NCBI GenBank assembly: GCA_964655385.1
Contig: CAZZMY010000001.1
Coordinates: 1-57,680, forward strand
Reading direction: 5' to 3'
Source of the DNA: an uncultured Akkermansia sp.
Lineage (GTDB): Bacteria > Verrucomicrobiota > Verrucomicrobiia > Methylacidiphilales > Verrucolacustridaceae
DNA length: 57,680 bases
This document shows, piece by piece, positions 47,368-56,506 of this stretch. Position 1 is the first letter of the stretch. Each line of letters opens with the position of its first letter. The translations under genes and the position numbers were made by a program. The notes under the pieces are model-generated. The model did no database searches and had not been told where the DNA came from. It saw nothing but the letters and a program-made list of their open reading frames with translations.

Positions 47368-48045
47368 ATGAATCTCTTTAAACAACCGCCTTTTTTTCTA
47401 TCTCTTGTCGGCATCTTGGCAGGAGTTGTTGCCATAGAGCAGGCGACAACCTTCACAGTGGGTGACCTTACTTTGGCCCCACCCCTTTCGATTATTGGCT
47501 TGGGTCTAATGGCTGTTTTTTTTAACTGGAAACAGGTTCTTTTCAGCACCCCCTTGTTTGTCATCACGAGTTACTATTTGATTCTCGGATCTGCGCATTT
47601 CCCGATCATTCGAGCTCTCAGTGTTCTCCTTGCAGGGATCTTGGCCGCTTGGGCAGCCCGGCAAAGACAGCAAATCGAAAATCACTCGAGAGAAATCAAC
47701 CAGGTGTTGGAAGCCCTGTCGGTTCCCTGGATTCTAAGCGATTCGATTGGCAACATCACCCGTGTCAGCCAAGAAGCAGCCCTTCTTATTTCCCTTCCCG
47801 CTGACACCATCATCGGTACATCCTTTTTTTCCTTTTTCACCCCCACAAAGGGGAAGGGTGAATTTATCCGCATGTATCTAGATGCATTTGAAACTCCTGC
47901 ACTTCCCGCTAAAGCGAGCCTCGCCATTTCGAGGGCCGATACCCAAAGCATTAAAGTTAATGCTAATTTTTCCCGCCTTGATTGTGCGGACGGGTTGCGT
48001 CTTTTGACCGTGTTAGAGCTTCAAAAGAGACAGGAGAACCCGTGA
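47368..48045 (+). CDS. Membrane protein with a C-terminal PAS-like domain
   Basis: Four hydrophobic segments, a short coiled linker, then LEALSVPWILSDSIGNITRVSQEAALL...IIG (PAS start pattern). Confidence 0.65.
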   Translation: MNLFKQPPFFLSLVGILAGVVAIEQATTFTVGDLTLAPPLSIIGLGLMAVFFNWKQVLFSTPLFVITSYYLILGSAHFPIIRALSVLLAGILAAWAARQRQQIENHSREINQVLEALSVPWILSDSIGNITRVSQEAALLISLPADTIIGTSFFSFFTPTKGKGEFIRMYLDAFETPALPAKASLAISRADTQSIKVNANFSRLDCADGLRLLTVLELQKRQENP

Positions 48046-48132
48046 ACCCCCGTGCACCTGATCCGGAATATCGCACAAGGCATTTGTATTCTTGTGAACC
48101 CAATTCGTTTGCTCGCTAGCGCTTGAGGAAAT

Positions 48133-48855
48133 ATGAAATTTGCAAAGCTCTTTTTATTGGGCTTTTTTTTTCTACCCACAGCTGTGAAGTCAAGCCCACC
48201 TGTGGTCGTCCCCGTTGAGCCTGACTATGGTGGCGACTACGCTATTTTCGGAGGGCAAAATTATTTAACATCGGATGACCACCTAATGCTCGATGCCATG
48301 ACCGCGACGCATGGTATGGGTCTGATGAAAAGGGTGGAACAGGCTAAGGAACACTTGCAGGCCTTGCTCAATCCCATCGAATGGAACCATCTCAAGGCAC
48401 CGATTGAAATGCAAAAGCAGCTTTTCCTGGTGCTTTATTGGATGGCCGAAGCAGATGACGCTGAGGCTGATGTGGAGGAAGTGGTCCAGGAAATTTGTCG
48501 ACGGGGTCAAGCGCAACCCTCCGAGAGCGATGCCACACTTCATGAAGTCCTTCTCTATAACTTCCGCATGGCCCAGTCTTTGGGTGCTTTGGGTTTTGAG
48601 GGGCAGGTGAAGCTCGCACAAGGATTGACTCCCTTGATTACCAAAGGCCCTTGGGAAAATCGTCACGCTCATGCCATTCCCATACTCCCTCCCGACCTTT
48701 ACCCCGCCACGGCCCACCAGCTTTTTAACTACGAACTTTTTGCCGGCCCCCTGCCCCGCAACGACCGTTCGGCGCTCGCCCCCAGCCAGATCGAGTTTGC
48801 TCAAAGACTCATTCAGCGGGGCCTGCTTCCGGCCGATGCTCTCAAAAACCGCTGA
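48133..48855 (+). CDS. Exported hypothetical protein
   Basis: GAGG Shine-Dalgarno, signal peptide, globular C-terminal region. Confidence 0.75.
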   Translation: MKFAKLFLLGFFFLPTAVKSSPPVVVPVEPDYGGDYAIFGGQNYLTSDDHLMLDAMTATHGMGLMKRVEQAKEHLQALLNPIEWNHLKAPIEMQKQLFLVLYWMAEADDAEADVEEVVQEICRRGQAQPSESDATLHEVLLYNFRMAQSLGALGFEGQVKLAQGLTPLITKGPWENRHAHAIPILPPDLYPATAHQLFNYELFAGPLPRNDRSALAPSQIEFAQRLIQRGLLPADALKNR

Positions 48856-48896
48856 CTCGGCGTTGTTCGCGTTGAACTTTCCCTTAACTTAGGTGG

Positions 48897-50402
48897 ATGC
48901 CGTCTACTTCCGAGGCTTATCAAAATCTACGCTCCCGCGGGCGTGAACTTGCCCTTCTGGGGGCTACGGGAGGCCTCCTGGGCTGGGATCAGGAAACCCT
49001 CTTGCCCCCAAAGTCTCATGGCTTTCGTGCCGAACAGTCGGCCCAAATTTCCGGTATGGCCCACCGCCTCGCCACCGCCCCCGATGTCCACGAGTGGCTC
49101 TCCGTGTGCGAATCGGCCCAACCGGATCCAGCAACTGCGGACGGCGCCTGCCTGGCTCGCTGGCGGCACGATTACAACCGGGCCACGCGCATCCCGACTT
49201 CCTTAGTCGAGGAAAACGAACGTATCGCCGGCGTTGCCCGAGCCGCTTGGGTTGAAGCCCGCAAACACTCCGACTTTCCATCCTTCGCCCCGCATCTCGA
49301 AAAACTGGTATCCCTGTCACGACAAATGGCCGACCTGTGGGGTTATTCCCAAGAACCCTATGATGCCCTCCTCGAGGGATATGAGCCTGGATGGACCACC
49401 CGTGAAGTCTCCACCCTTTTTGGAGAACTCCAGCCCCGCTTGGTTTCCATCGCCGAGAAAGCCCTCGCCGCTCCCTCACGTCCTTCCCGCAAAAATCTTT
49501 CCGGTCACTACCCGCGAGCCCAACAGGAAAAGTTTCTGCAATCCCTTCTCCCGAAAATCGGCTTCGACACTGCCGCCGGCCGGCTAGACACCAGCACCCA
49601 TCCCTTTTGTTCGGGACTTGGTCCGTATGACACTCGCATGACGACCCGCTACGACGAGACAGACTTTATGGTTTCGCTTTATGGGGTGCTGCACGAAGCC
49701 GGTCACGGGCTTTACGATCAGGGATTACCGGAAAAAGAACTCGGCACCCCCTTGAGTCAGGCAGCCTCTCTTGGCATCCATGAATCCCAGTCCCGGCTTT
49801 GGGAAAATCGGGTGGGTCGCAGTCGCTCTTTTTGGAAGTCCTGGTGGCCCGACCTCCTTCACTCCTTCCCTGATCTTGCCCGACACAGCTGGGAAACATG
49901 CTGGCAGGCCGCGAATGCCGTTGAGCGTTCTTTCATCCGAGTCGAAGCCGATGAGGTGACCTACGACCTCCATATCCTTCTCCGATTTCAGATTGAGACC
50001 CGCCTGATCTCGGGAGATCTCATGGTGGCCGATCTGCCCTCTGCCTGGAACGAGCTCTCCCTCAAATTGCTTGGCCTGAAAGTCCCCGACGACTCCAAGG
50101 GCTGCCTGCAGGACATCCACTGGTCCATGGGTGGGTTTGGATATTTTCCAACCTACACCTTGGGAAATCTGACCGGGTCCCAGCTTTGGAACGCCGCCCA
50201 GCACGACCTACCGAATCTTCACGCCTCGCTGGAGCAACGTGACTACCACCCCCTCTTGCAATGGCTCCGTCAAAAGATTCACACCCACGGCCGCCGTTAC
50301 CTCGCCGGCGACCTTATCCGCCATGCCACGGGCAAACCACTTAGCCCCGAAGCTCATCTTTCAATTTTAGAAACCAAGGTGATGGAGTTGGGGGCTCGCT
50401 AG
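48897..50402 (+). CDS. Carboxypeptidase, peptidase family M32
   Basis: HPF, RMTTRY, HEAGH (HExxH), HESQS, IRVEADE, GCLQDIHW, GYFPTY. Confidence 0.96.
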   Translation: MPSTSEAYQNLRSRGRELALLGATGGLLGWDQETLLPPKSHGFRAEQSAQISGMAHRLATAPDVHEWLSVCESAQPDPATADGACLARWRHDYNRATRIPTSLVEENERIAGVARAAWVEARKHSDFPSFAPHLEKLVSLSRQMADLWGYSQEPYDALLEGYEPGWTTREVSTLFGELQPRLVSIAEKALAAPSRPSRKNLSGHYPRAQQEKFLQSLLPKIGFDTAAGRLDTSTHPFCSGLGPYDTRMTTRYDETDFMVSLYGVLHEAGHGLYDQGLPEKELGTPLSQAASLGIHESQSRLWENRVGRSRSFWKSWWPDLLHSFPDLARHSWETCWQAANAVERSFIRVEADEVTYDLHILLRFQIETRLISGDLMVADLPSAWNELSLKLLGLKVPDDSKGCLQDIHWSMGGFGYFPTYTLGNLTGSQLWNAAQHDLPNLHASLEQRDYHPLLQWLRQKIHTHGRRYLAGDLIRHATGKPLSPEAHLSILETKVMELGAR

Positions 50403-50408
50403 GAACCC

Positions 50409-51206
50409 ATGATTTCACCCTCCCAAATCACCTTGGTGATCAGCACCTATAACCATCTTCGCCCTTTGGAACTCTGTCTCGGGGGATTCCGCAACCAAAC
50501 TACCCCTCCCGGGGAGATCCTTGTCGCAGACGATGGTTCCGGACCAGAGACTCGTTCTATCCTAGAGAGGCTTCTTCCTTCGATGCCCTATCCCGCCCGA
50601 CACCTGTGGCACGAAGACCGTGGGTTTCGCAAGAACGTCATTCTTAACCGATGCCTCGCGGAGGCCCGTGGCAGCTATTTGGTGCTCACGGATGCCGACT
50701 GCGTTCCCCACCCCCGTTTTGTCGAGGATCATGCATCCCTCGCGGAGCCGGGCTTTTGGGTTCAGGGCCGCCGCTCCTACCTCAACGAGACGGCTTCCAC
50801 CCTCCTGACGCCTGGAGAAAGAGTCCCTGGGTTCCGTCTTTTTCTAAGTGGCAGGATGAGCGGGGCGGCGAAGGGATTTCGCTTCCCTTTCCCGATTCTT
50901 AAGCGGAACACCGGGCAGAGGGGCATCATCGGTTGCAATATGGCTGCGTGGAAAAGTGACCTTTTGGCCATTAATGGCTGGGACGAGGAGTATGAGGGTT
51001 GGGGACTAGGGGAAGATTCGGATCTTGGTTCCCGACTTTACCACCTCGGGCGTCCCCGTAAGTTTGTTTACGGACGAGGCATCCTTTATCACCTGCATCA
51101 TCCCATTCTGAATCGTGACCATATTCCACTAAGCCAAACCCGTTTAAACGAAACCATTCACATGAGAAAAGTGCGCTGCACCAAAGGGGTCGATCAGTAT
51201 TTGTGA
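50409..51206 (+). CDS. Glycosyltransferase family 2 with GT7 C-terminal motif
   Basis: STYN, ADDGS, TDADC, NGWDEEYEGWG-x-x-ED. Confidence 0.9.
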   Translation: MISPSQITLVISTYNHLRPLELCLGGFRNQTTPPGEILVADDGSGPETRSILERLLPSMPYPARHLWHEDRGFRKNVILNRCLAEARGSYLVLTDADCVPHPRFVEDHASLAEPGFWVQGRRSYLNETASTLLTPGERVPGFRLFLSGRMSGAAKGFRFPFPILKRNTGQRGIIGCNMAAWKSDLLAINGWDEEYEGWGLGEDSDLGSRLYHLGRPRKFVYGRGILYHLHHPILNRDHIPLSQTRLNETIHMRKVRCTKGVDQYL

Positions 51207-51233
51207 TGACAAGATTGGTTACGGAAGCGCGAC

Positions 51234-52013
51234 CTAGGACGGCCCGGAGAGTCGTCCGTACCCAAAGCCGGACACATTTTCGCCCGCCGCCATCGCAGCA
51301 CCCACAATGCCCGCTTCGTTGTACAATTTCGCCGGAACGACCTTGGCCCGAATTCCCTCAGAGGCTCGAGGAAGCCATTTTTCCGATCTCCGGCTCACCC
51401 CGCCCCCGACAATGATCAGGTCAGGATTCATCAGTTTTTCCACCAAATGCAGATATTCCCGCACCCTTTTTGACCATTTTTTCCACCCCCAGTCGTGTTT
51501 TTCCCTCGCCCTGGCACTGGCTGTTTTTTCCGCATCTTTCCCGTGCAGTGGTAGATGACCCAGCTCGGTGTTGGGGATTAGCACCCCACGAAAAAAAATG
51601 GCGCTTCCGATCCCCGTTCCCAAGGTGATCAAGACCACCGTCCCTTTTTCTTTTTTTCCGGCGCCATAACGCACTTCAGCCAAGCCTGCAGCATCGGCAT
51701 CATTCAGGACGCGAAAGGGGAGTCCCGTCGCTTGTTTGAATATTTTTTCGGCGTTCTTGCCGACCCAGCTTGGAGATAGATTCACGGCCGTTCCCACCAC
51801 CCCATCTCGCATGACCCCGGGGAATCCAACACCCACAGGACCTCGAAACTGAAAATGACTGATCATTTTTTGAACAGCCCTCGATACCGCTTGGGGCGTG
51901 GCAGGATGTGGCGTGGGTAAGTGCAAGTGCTCACTCAGGATCGCTCCTGAGGGAAGTTCAACGGGCGCACCTTTGATCCCTGTTCCTCCAATGTCGATTC
52001 CCAAGACCTTCAT
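51234..52013 (-). CDS. ppgK: Polyphosphate glucokinase (ROK family)
   Basis: GIDIGGTGIKGAPV, NDADAAGLAE, TLGTGIGSA, PNTELGH, IVGGGVS. Confidence 0.9.
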   Translation of the reverse strand: MKVLGIDIGGTGIKGAPVELPSGAILSEHLHLPTPHPATPQAVSRAVQKMISHFQFRGPVGVGFPGVMRDGVVGTAVNLSPSWVGKNAEKIFKQATGLPFRVLNDADAAGLAEVRYGAGKKEKGTVVLITLGTGIGSAIFFRGVLIPNTELGHLPLHGKDAEKTASARAREKHDWGWKKWSKRVREYLHLVEKLMNPDLIIVGGGVSRRSEKWLPRASEGIRAKVVPAKLYNEAGIVGAAMAAGENVSGFGYGRLSGPS

Positions 52014-52249
52014 AATTCCACTTTATCCATTCGGCTTTAGAAGAGCGATACTGCGTAGCGCTGATTAGTTTCAGGTAACTTCCTTCAGCCACGTTCCCCT
52101 TTGTTATCACCCTACCTGAGATAAATTTTTGTGCGCCACAATGTCTCTCATTATGGCGTATTAATATTTAGTGGGTCTTTTTGTCTCTATTCTGCCCGTT
52201 TCTCTTGGTGTCTTGTGTTGTATGTCATGTGTTTATGACATTAAGTATT

Positions 52250-52266
52250 TTGGCAAGGTTTATGCG
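52250..52266 (+). promoter_or_regulatory. sigma54 (-24/-12) promoter of hsp20
   Basis: TTGGCAAGGTTTATGCG: GG-N10-GC spacing matches the TGGCAC-N5-TTGC consensus, in an AT-rich upstream region. Confidence 0.7.
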
Positions 52267-52308
52267 ATTGAGATTTATTGTGGAACCAACAGAAAGGAGA
52301 ACAAAAAA

Positions 52309-52737
52309 ATGAATAAATGCTATGAAACAAATGCGCCGCTGGCGACCCGGACGGGAAACGGGGGCGATTTCGGGCTTCTCATCAACGAGCTCGATCGTCT
52401 TTTCGATTTTCCAGTCCGTTCGGTTTCCAGCCACGCCTGGAGTCCAATCTCCGCCCACGAGTCGGAGAATGGATACCGATATGACCTAGAGATTCCCGGC
52501 CTAAAGAAAGACGGCCTCGAGGTCACCCTGACCGATAGCGTTTTGGCCGTGAAGGGCCAAAAGCGAGTCTTCCGCGATGGGGCGGAAAGCTTGGTCGAGA
52601 TCGAACGCTCCCTCCTCATTCCGGAGGATGTTGATCCCGACAAGATTCAGGCGCGGTACACCGACGGCATTCTCACGGTGGAGATCGCCAAGCCCGAACG
52701 GGTCAAACCCAAGACCATTCAGGTCAACGTCGAGTAA
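52309..52737 (+). CDS. Small heat shock protein (Hsp20/alpha-crystallin)
   Basis: AAAGGAG Shine-Dalgarno; EIPGLKK, ERSLLIPEDVD, ARYTDGILTV. Confidence 0.93.
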   Translation: MNKCYETNAPLATRTGNGGDFGLLINELDRLFDFPVRSVSSHAWSPISAHESENGYRYDLEIPGLKKDGLEVTLTDSVLAVKGQKRVFRDGAESLVEIERSLLIPEDVDPDKIQARYTDGILTVEIAKPERVKPKTIQVNVE

Positions 52738-52756
52738 GATCATCCACTGCCAACTT

Positions 52757-52799
52757 GTCCCAGCCGGGTTGCGAACAATCCCCGGCTGGGACTTGTTTT
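52757..52799 (+). terminator. Intrinsic terminator after hsp20
   Basis: 12-bp stem GTCCCAGCCGGG / CCCGGCTGGGAC followed by TTGTTTT. Confidence 0.75.
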
Positions 52800-52831
52800 C
52801 AGCCGGAGCAATGCAAATTTCGTCTAAGCCG

Positions 52832-53302
52832 ATGGTCAACCACGCCAAATTGCAGGAAGAGCTCGAAGGCTACTGTGGCTTGGGCATGTATGATGAGGCC
52901 CTCCGGCTCATCTCCTCCCTCAAGACCAGAGGACAAGAAGATCTGGCCTTGTCCTTTCTTCGTACCCGCATCTTGCGGGCCGCAGGCCGCTTCGCCGAAA
53001 TGCGCAAGACCGCCGAGAAGATCCGGGAACGCTGCCCAGATGAACCCGAAGCCTGGGTCTCGCTGGCGGATGCCATGCGACAAAGCGGTTCATTGCAGCA
53101 AGGTCGCCATGTCTTACAAGAGGCGGAAAAAAAGTTTCCTAAAAACCCGCATATCAAATTTCAGCTCGGCTGTTATCTCTGCCAATTACAGGACCTGGAA
53201 CAGGCCCGCTCCTACGTCCAGGCCGCCATCCAACTCGATCGCGCCTGGGCGGATGCCGCCAAACAGGATGCGGATCTTGCTCCTCTTAGGGAAAAGATCT
53301 GA
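52832..53302 (+). CDS. Tetratricopeptide repeat protein
   Basis: EGYCGLGMYDEA, PEAWVSLA, FQLGCYLCQL, AIQLD, AKQDADL; start may be 52811. Confidence 0.82.
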   Translation: MVNHAKLQEELEGYCGLGMYDEALRLISSLKTRGQEDLALSFLRTRILRAAGRFAEMRKTAEKIRERCPDEPEAWVSLADAMRQSGSLQQGRHVLQEAEKKFPKNPHIKFQLGCYLCQLQDLEQARSYVQAAIQLDRAWADAAKQDADLAPLREKI

Positions 53303-53304
53303 CC

Positions 53305-53817
53305 TTGCGCCCGTCGCGGATCCTCGTACTCCGATCTCCGTTTCTTTTTTTCGGTACCCTTTTGATGGCTTTAGCGGGTTGCGGATGGTGGAACCAAAAA
53401 CCTTCCCTCGAAACCCGCGAAGGGGATCCGGTGGAGATCCATTTGCCGGCCAATTTTTCCACGGGGTACCGCTGGGTTCTCGATCCTGCCTTGCAGGCCG
53501 GACAAGTTCTTGCAGAAAGCTACGGCACGGATTCGTCCGCCCCCAGAACCGGGGCACCAGGGACCCAAACATTTCGGGTCCTTTTTCCCCGAGACGGACG
53601 ATTTAACCTGAAGTTCGCTTACCGCAGGCTTTGGGAGCCGTCCTCTGTCCCGCCGGCCCAAACGACCAATCTGGTGATTCTTGTTACCCCAAGAAAATCC
53701 CCGTCGACCATGATGGACGCCCTTTTCACCACCAACGCCACCAGCAACATTCCCCAACCGGAAGAGGACCAACCACAGACGACGGCACGTCCCGTGGAGC
53801 TGAGAAAAACTCGATAG
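53305..53817 (+). CDS. Chagasin-like (I42) protease inhibitor lipoprotein
   Basis: Lipobox LAGC; NFSTGYRW (NPTTGY-like), GAPG, YRRLWE (RPW-like). Confidence 0.78.
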   Translation: MRPSRILVLRSPFLFFGTLLMALAGCGWWNQKPSLETREGDPVEIHLPANFSTGYRWVLDPALQAGQVLAESYGTDSSAPRTGAPGTQTFRVLFPRDGRFNLKFAYRRLWEPSSVPPAQTTNLVILVTPRKSPSTMMDALFTTNATSNIPQPEEDQPQTTARPVELRKTR

Positions 53818-53858
53818 GAGCTGGAGGATTGGTTGCGGAGAGGACCGCTTGGACCGCC

Positions 53859-56501
53859 CTAGTACAACGAAACTAAATGCTCCGTGCGAATCCACCCCAC
53901 ATCATGATTCGGCAGGCGGATCTTACTCCATCCCAAAAAGGTCTTTTCCAAGTGAGCAATTGAACCCGGAGGATAAGCCTTTTCGGCCTGCGGCTCCACT
54001 TCCGTAGGAACGGTGCGCAAAGGCTCCACATCCACAATCATCACCGCCGCCGAATCCGAAAGCTTTCCGTAAACGCCCAGGGCCGTACCGGCAAGGCCCG
54101 CCCCCATCGCTCCGACGAGAAGAATCGCCGAGCCAAGGCGCATCCAAAGCCTCCTTTTCTCCATTTGATAGCCGGAGGCCAAGAGCAAGGCACAACCCGC
54201 CGCCATCGTGAAAAATCCGAACACCAAACTAGCCTGCCAGGTAAAAACACCTCTCTTGGAGGTCAGCCACGAGGCAAATCCCTCCTCGATCAGCCGGCTA
54301 ACGGCCGGATCCAGCTGGTTTGAGGAGGCAGTATAAATTCTCAGGTTCCAGGCAACCGTTTCTTTCCCGGGGGCTCGCAGATAGGCGGCCAGACCATGAG
54401 CCAAAGCTCTCTCCTTGTCTCCTGACTGAAAATAGCACAGGGCGAGATTGTTTCGGGCGATTACATCTCGAGGATTCGCAGCAACAGCTCGATCCCAGAT
54501 TTTGGCTGCCTCGTCGAATTTCCCCAAACGATAAAGAGACACCGGATCTGCCTCCTTCTGTTCGGACTTATCCGCCGCCAGAACCGTGCCAGCCAACACT
54601 ATGAACCCCATCAAGGTTGCGACCCACGGTAAAAGATTGCGAAGCCGAAATCCTTCCCACCAGCGAACCGGAGGCAGATCGATCCGCTCTGCCAGCAAGA
54701 TGGCCCGTTCGCACCAATCGTTACTTAGCGATTTCTGTTTCCCATACAAAACCTCCTCCGACTCTTGCCAACATTTCCGAATCTCTTCCTGATCGCCTTC
54801 AGCGAACGAGGCTGCAGCCCGTAGAATTGCGGTGCAGGGCGGCGTGGCCCCATCAACCCCCAGCGTCACGGCAACCGCTTTTTGCCACCGCAACAAATCG
54901 CCATCTGTTGTTTCCCCGTTCGCCGCATGCTCGCGGAGGTTGAGGGCTTCGCTCTTCCATGCCGCCAGAGCCTCTTTTCTTATTCTTTCCCGATCCGTGA
55001 GGAAGGCTCTTCTGCGGGCCCAGACCCACCAACCGACCAGCAGTCCAACCCAAGGGAGCACACAAAGAGTCTTGAGCGAGCCGGGTGAAACTGGCCCGAA
55101 AGTGAGGATGGCTCGGCCCAAGATTGGTTCCTGCGGCAACCCAGGCGCACCGTACTGTAAGGGTCTGGTTGTCTTGCCCGGAGCCATGGCCGGGGATGGC
55201 ACTTTTTCTTTGGCACCCCCAGTGGGATTCCCTGCCGATGAGGGTTGAGGGGGAGCCAGAGAAAGACCCCCAGCTCCCTTGGTCACAGTAATTTTGGGAG
55301 GCTTGGCCTCCGCCGTCTCATACGACTTTTTCTTCGGGTCGAAGAACACAAACTTTACGGAAGGCAATTCGTACTCTCCGCTTTGCGTGGGAATCATTAC
55401 GAGGTCCTCCACTACAGCCCCCGTAAAGATGTCCGTCCCATTAAACTCCTTTCGAAGCTTGGGTTGAATGGTGCGGATTTGATTGGGGATGGTGCGGGCA
55501 GGGAGCTCCACGCTCATGGGCCAGTTGCCCGTTCCTTTGAGAGTCAGGGTCCAGGTCACCGGTTCTCCTTCGTTCACCTGCTCCGGCACCATTTTGGACT
55601 CCAAAGCAAATTGGCCCACCGCTCCCTTGAATCCGGCGGGCGCGCCACCAGGCAAAGGTTGAATTTGCAAAGCCACTGCATCCGTGGACACCTCCACCTC
55701 TTCGGACCCCGGGGCGGTGAAAAAGAAAGACCGCCCACCCAAAGCCGTATCCAGATCCAATTTTTGACGGATGGGCGGTAGATCGAACGTCCCCGGTTTC
55801 GGCACCATGGCCCGGGTGTGAAACTGCAGCCCCTGCGAACCCCCGGGCCCAATCTGTTGGCCCCGATCCCAAGCCTCGGCGGAAAAGTTCTGCACGTCCC
55901 AAAGGGGTGTGGTTTTCACCCTGCCGCTTCGGTTGCCGGTAATGAACACCCGGTAATTCACATCAAAAACCTCTCCCGCATAAGGGCGGTTGGGATCGGC
56001 CGTGGCTGTGGCCTGAACCGCACCTGCCGCGCTTCCTTGGTTGGCTGCGGGAGGAGGCGAGTTTTGGAAAAACCCTGGCGGGAAGGGAAAGTTCTGTTGC
56101 GGTGTAGGGGGCGGTCGCCGGGAGGCAGGTGGGGCCGTCGCAATGTCCAGCGCCAATCCGGGAACTGTTTTTTTTCCTTTGTCCGTGGACAGCTCAAAAG
56201 AGGGGATCTGAATCCTCCCTGCTTGGGTGGGAAGAACGGCATAACTCAGGGTGGTCGACGAGCTCGTCTGAAAGTTGATCATGGAAAAACTCGTCGCCCG
56301 GCCTGGCTGTCCCAAAATTTGTAGCCCGTTGACCTGTGGCAAATTGACCGAACCGGAGGGCTGGCAGTCCGTGAAGACCAACTCCAACTGACCTGCCTCA
56401 TTGGGAGTCAGGGGGCCTGGGTTATTCCACGCGACAGATTGAGACCATCCACACGTCGTCCCCCAGGCAACCAATAAGAAAAAGTTGAGTGATTTTTTCA
56501 C
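53859..56501 (-). CDS. batD: BatD family protein fused to TPR + SH3 (BatE-like) region
   Basis: Signal peptide, SFSMINF, FKGAVGQF, GEPVTWTLTLKGTGN, FFDP; then TM, TPR (ARNNLALCY), TMs and WSKIRLPNHDVGWI. Confidence 0.85.
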   Translation of the reverse strand: MKKSLNFFLLVAWGTTCGWSQSVAWNNPGPLTPNEAGQLELVFTDCQPSGSVNLPQVNGLQILGQPGRATSFSMINFQTSSSTTLSYAVLPTQAGRIQIPSFELSTDKGKKTVPGLALDIATAPPASRRPPPTPQQNFPFPPGFFQNSPPPAANQGSAAGAVQATATADPNRPYAGEVFDVNYRVFITGNRSGRVKTTPLWDVQNFSAEAWDRGQQIGPGGSQGLQFHTRAMVPKPGTFDLPPIRQKLDLDTALGGRSFFFTAPGSEEVEVSTDAVALQIQPLPGGAPAGFKGAVGQFALESKMVPEQVNEGEPVTWTLTLKGTGNWPMSVELPARTIPNQIRTIQPKLRKEFNGTDIFTGAVVEDLVMIPTQSGEYELPSVKFVFFDPKKKSYETAEAKPPKITVTKGAGGLSLAPPQPSSAGNPTGGAKEKVPSPAMAPGKTTRPLQYGAPGLPQEPILGRAILTFGPVSPGSLKTLCVLPWVGLLVGWWVWARRRAFLTDRERIRKEALAAWKSEALNLREHAANGETTDGDLLRWQKAVAVTLGVDGATPPCTAILRAAASFAEGDQEEIRKCWQESEEVLYGKQKSLSNDWCERAILLAERIDLPPVRWWEGFRLRNLLPWVATLMGFIVLAGTVLAADKSEQKEADPVSLYRLGKFDEAAKIWDRAVAANPRDVIARNNLALCYFQSGDKERALAHGLAAYLRAPGKETVAWNLRIYTASSNQLDPAVSRLIEEGFASWLTSKRGVFTWQASLVFGFFTMAAGCALLLASGYQMEKRRLWMRLGSAILLVGAMGAGLAGTALGVYGKLSDSAAVMIVDVEPLRTVPTEVEPQAEKAYPPGSIAHLEKTFLGWSKIRLPNHDVGWIRTEHLVSLY

Positions 56502-56506
56502 GATAT

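Noticed and set aside
52071-52119. Inverted repeat TCAGGTA...TACCTGA between ppgK and hsp20
   Set aside because: Only 7 bp with a 35-nt gap and no inner pairing; compatible with chance.
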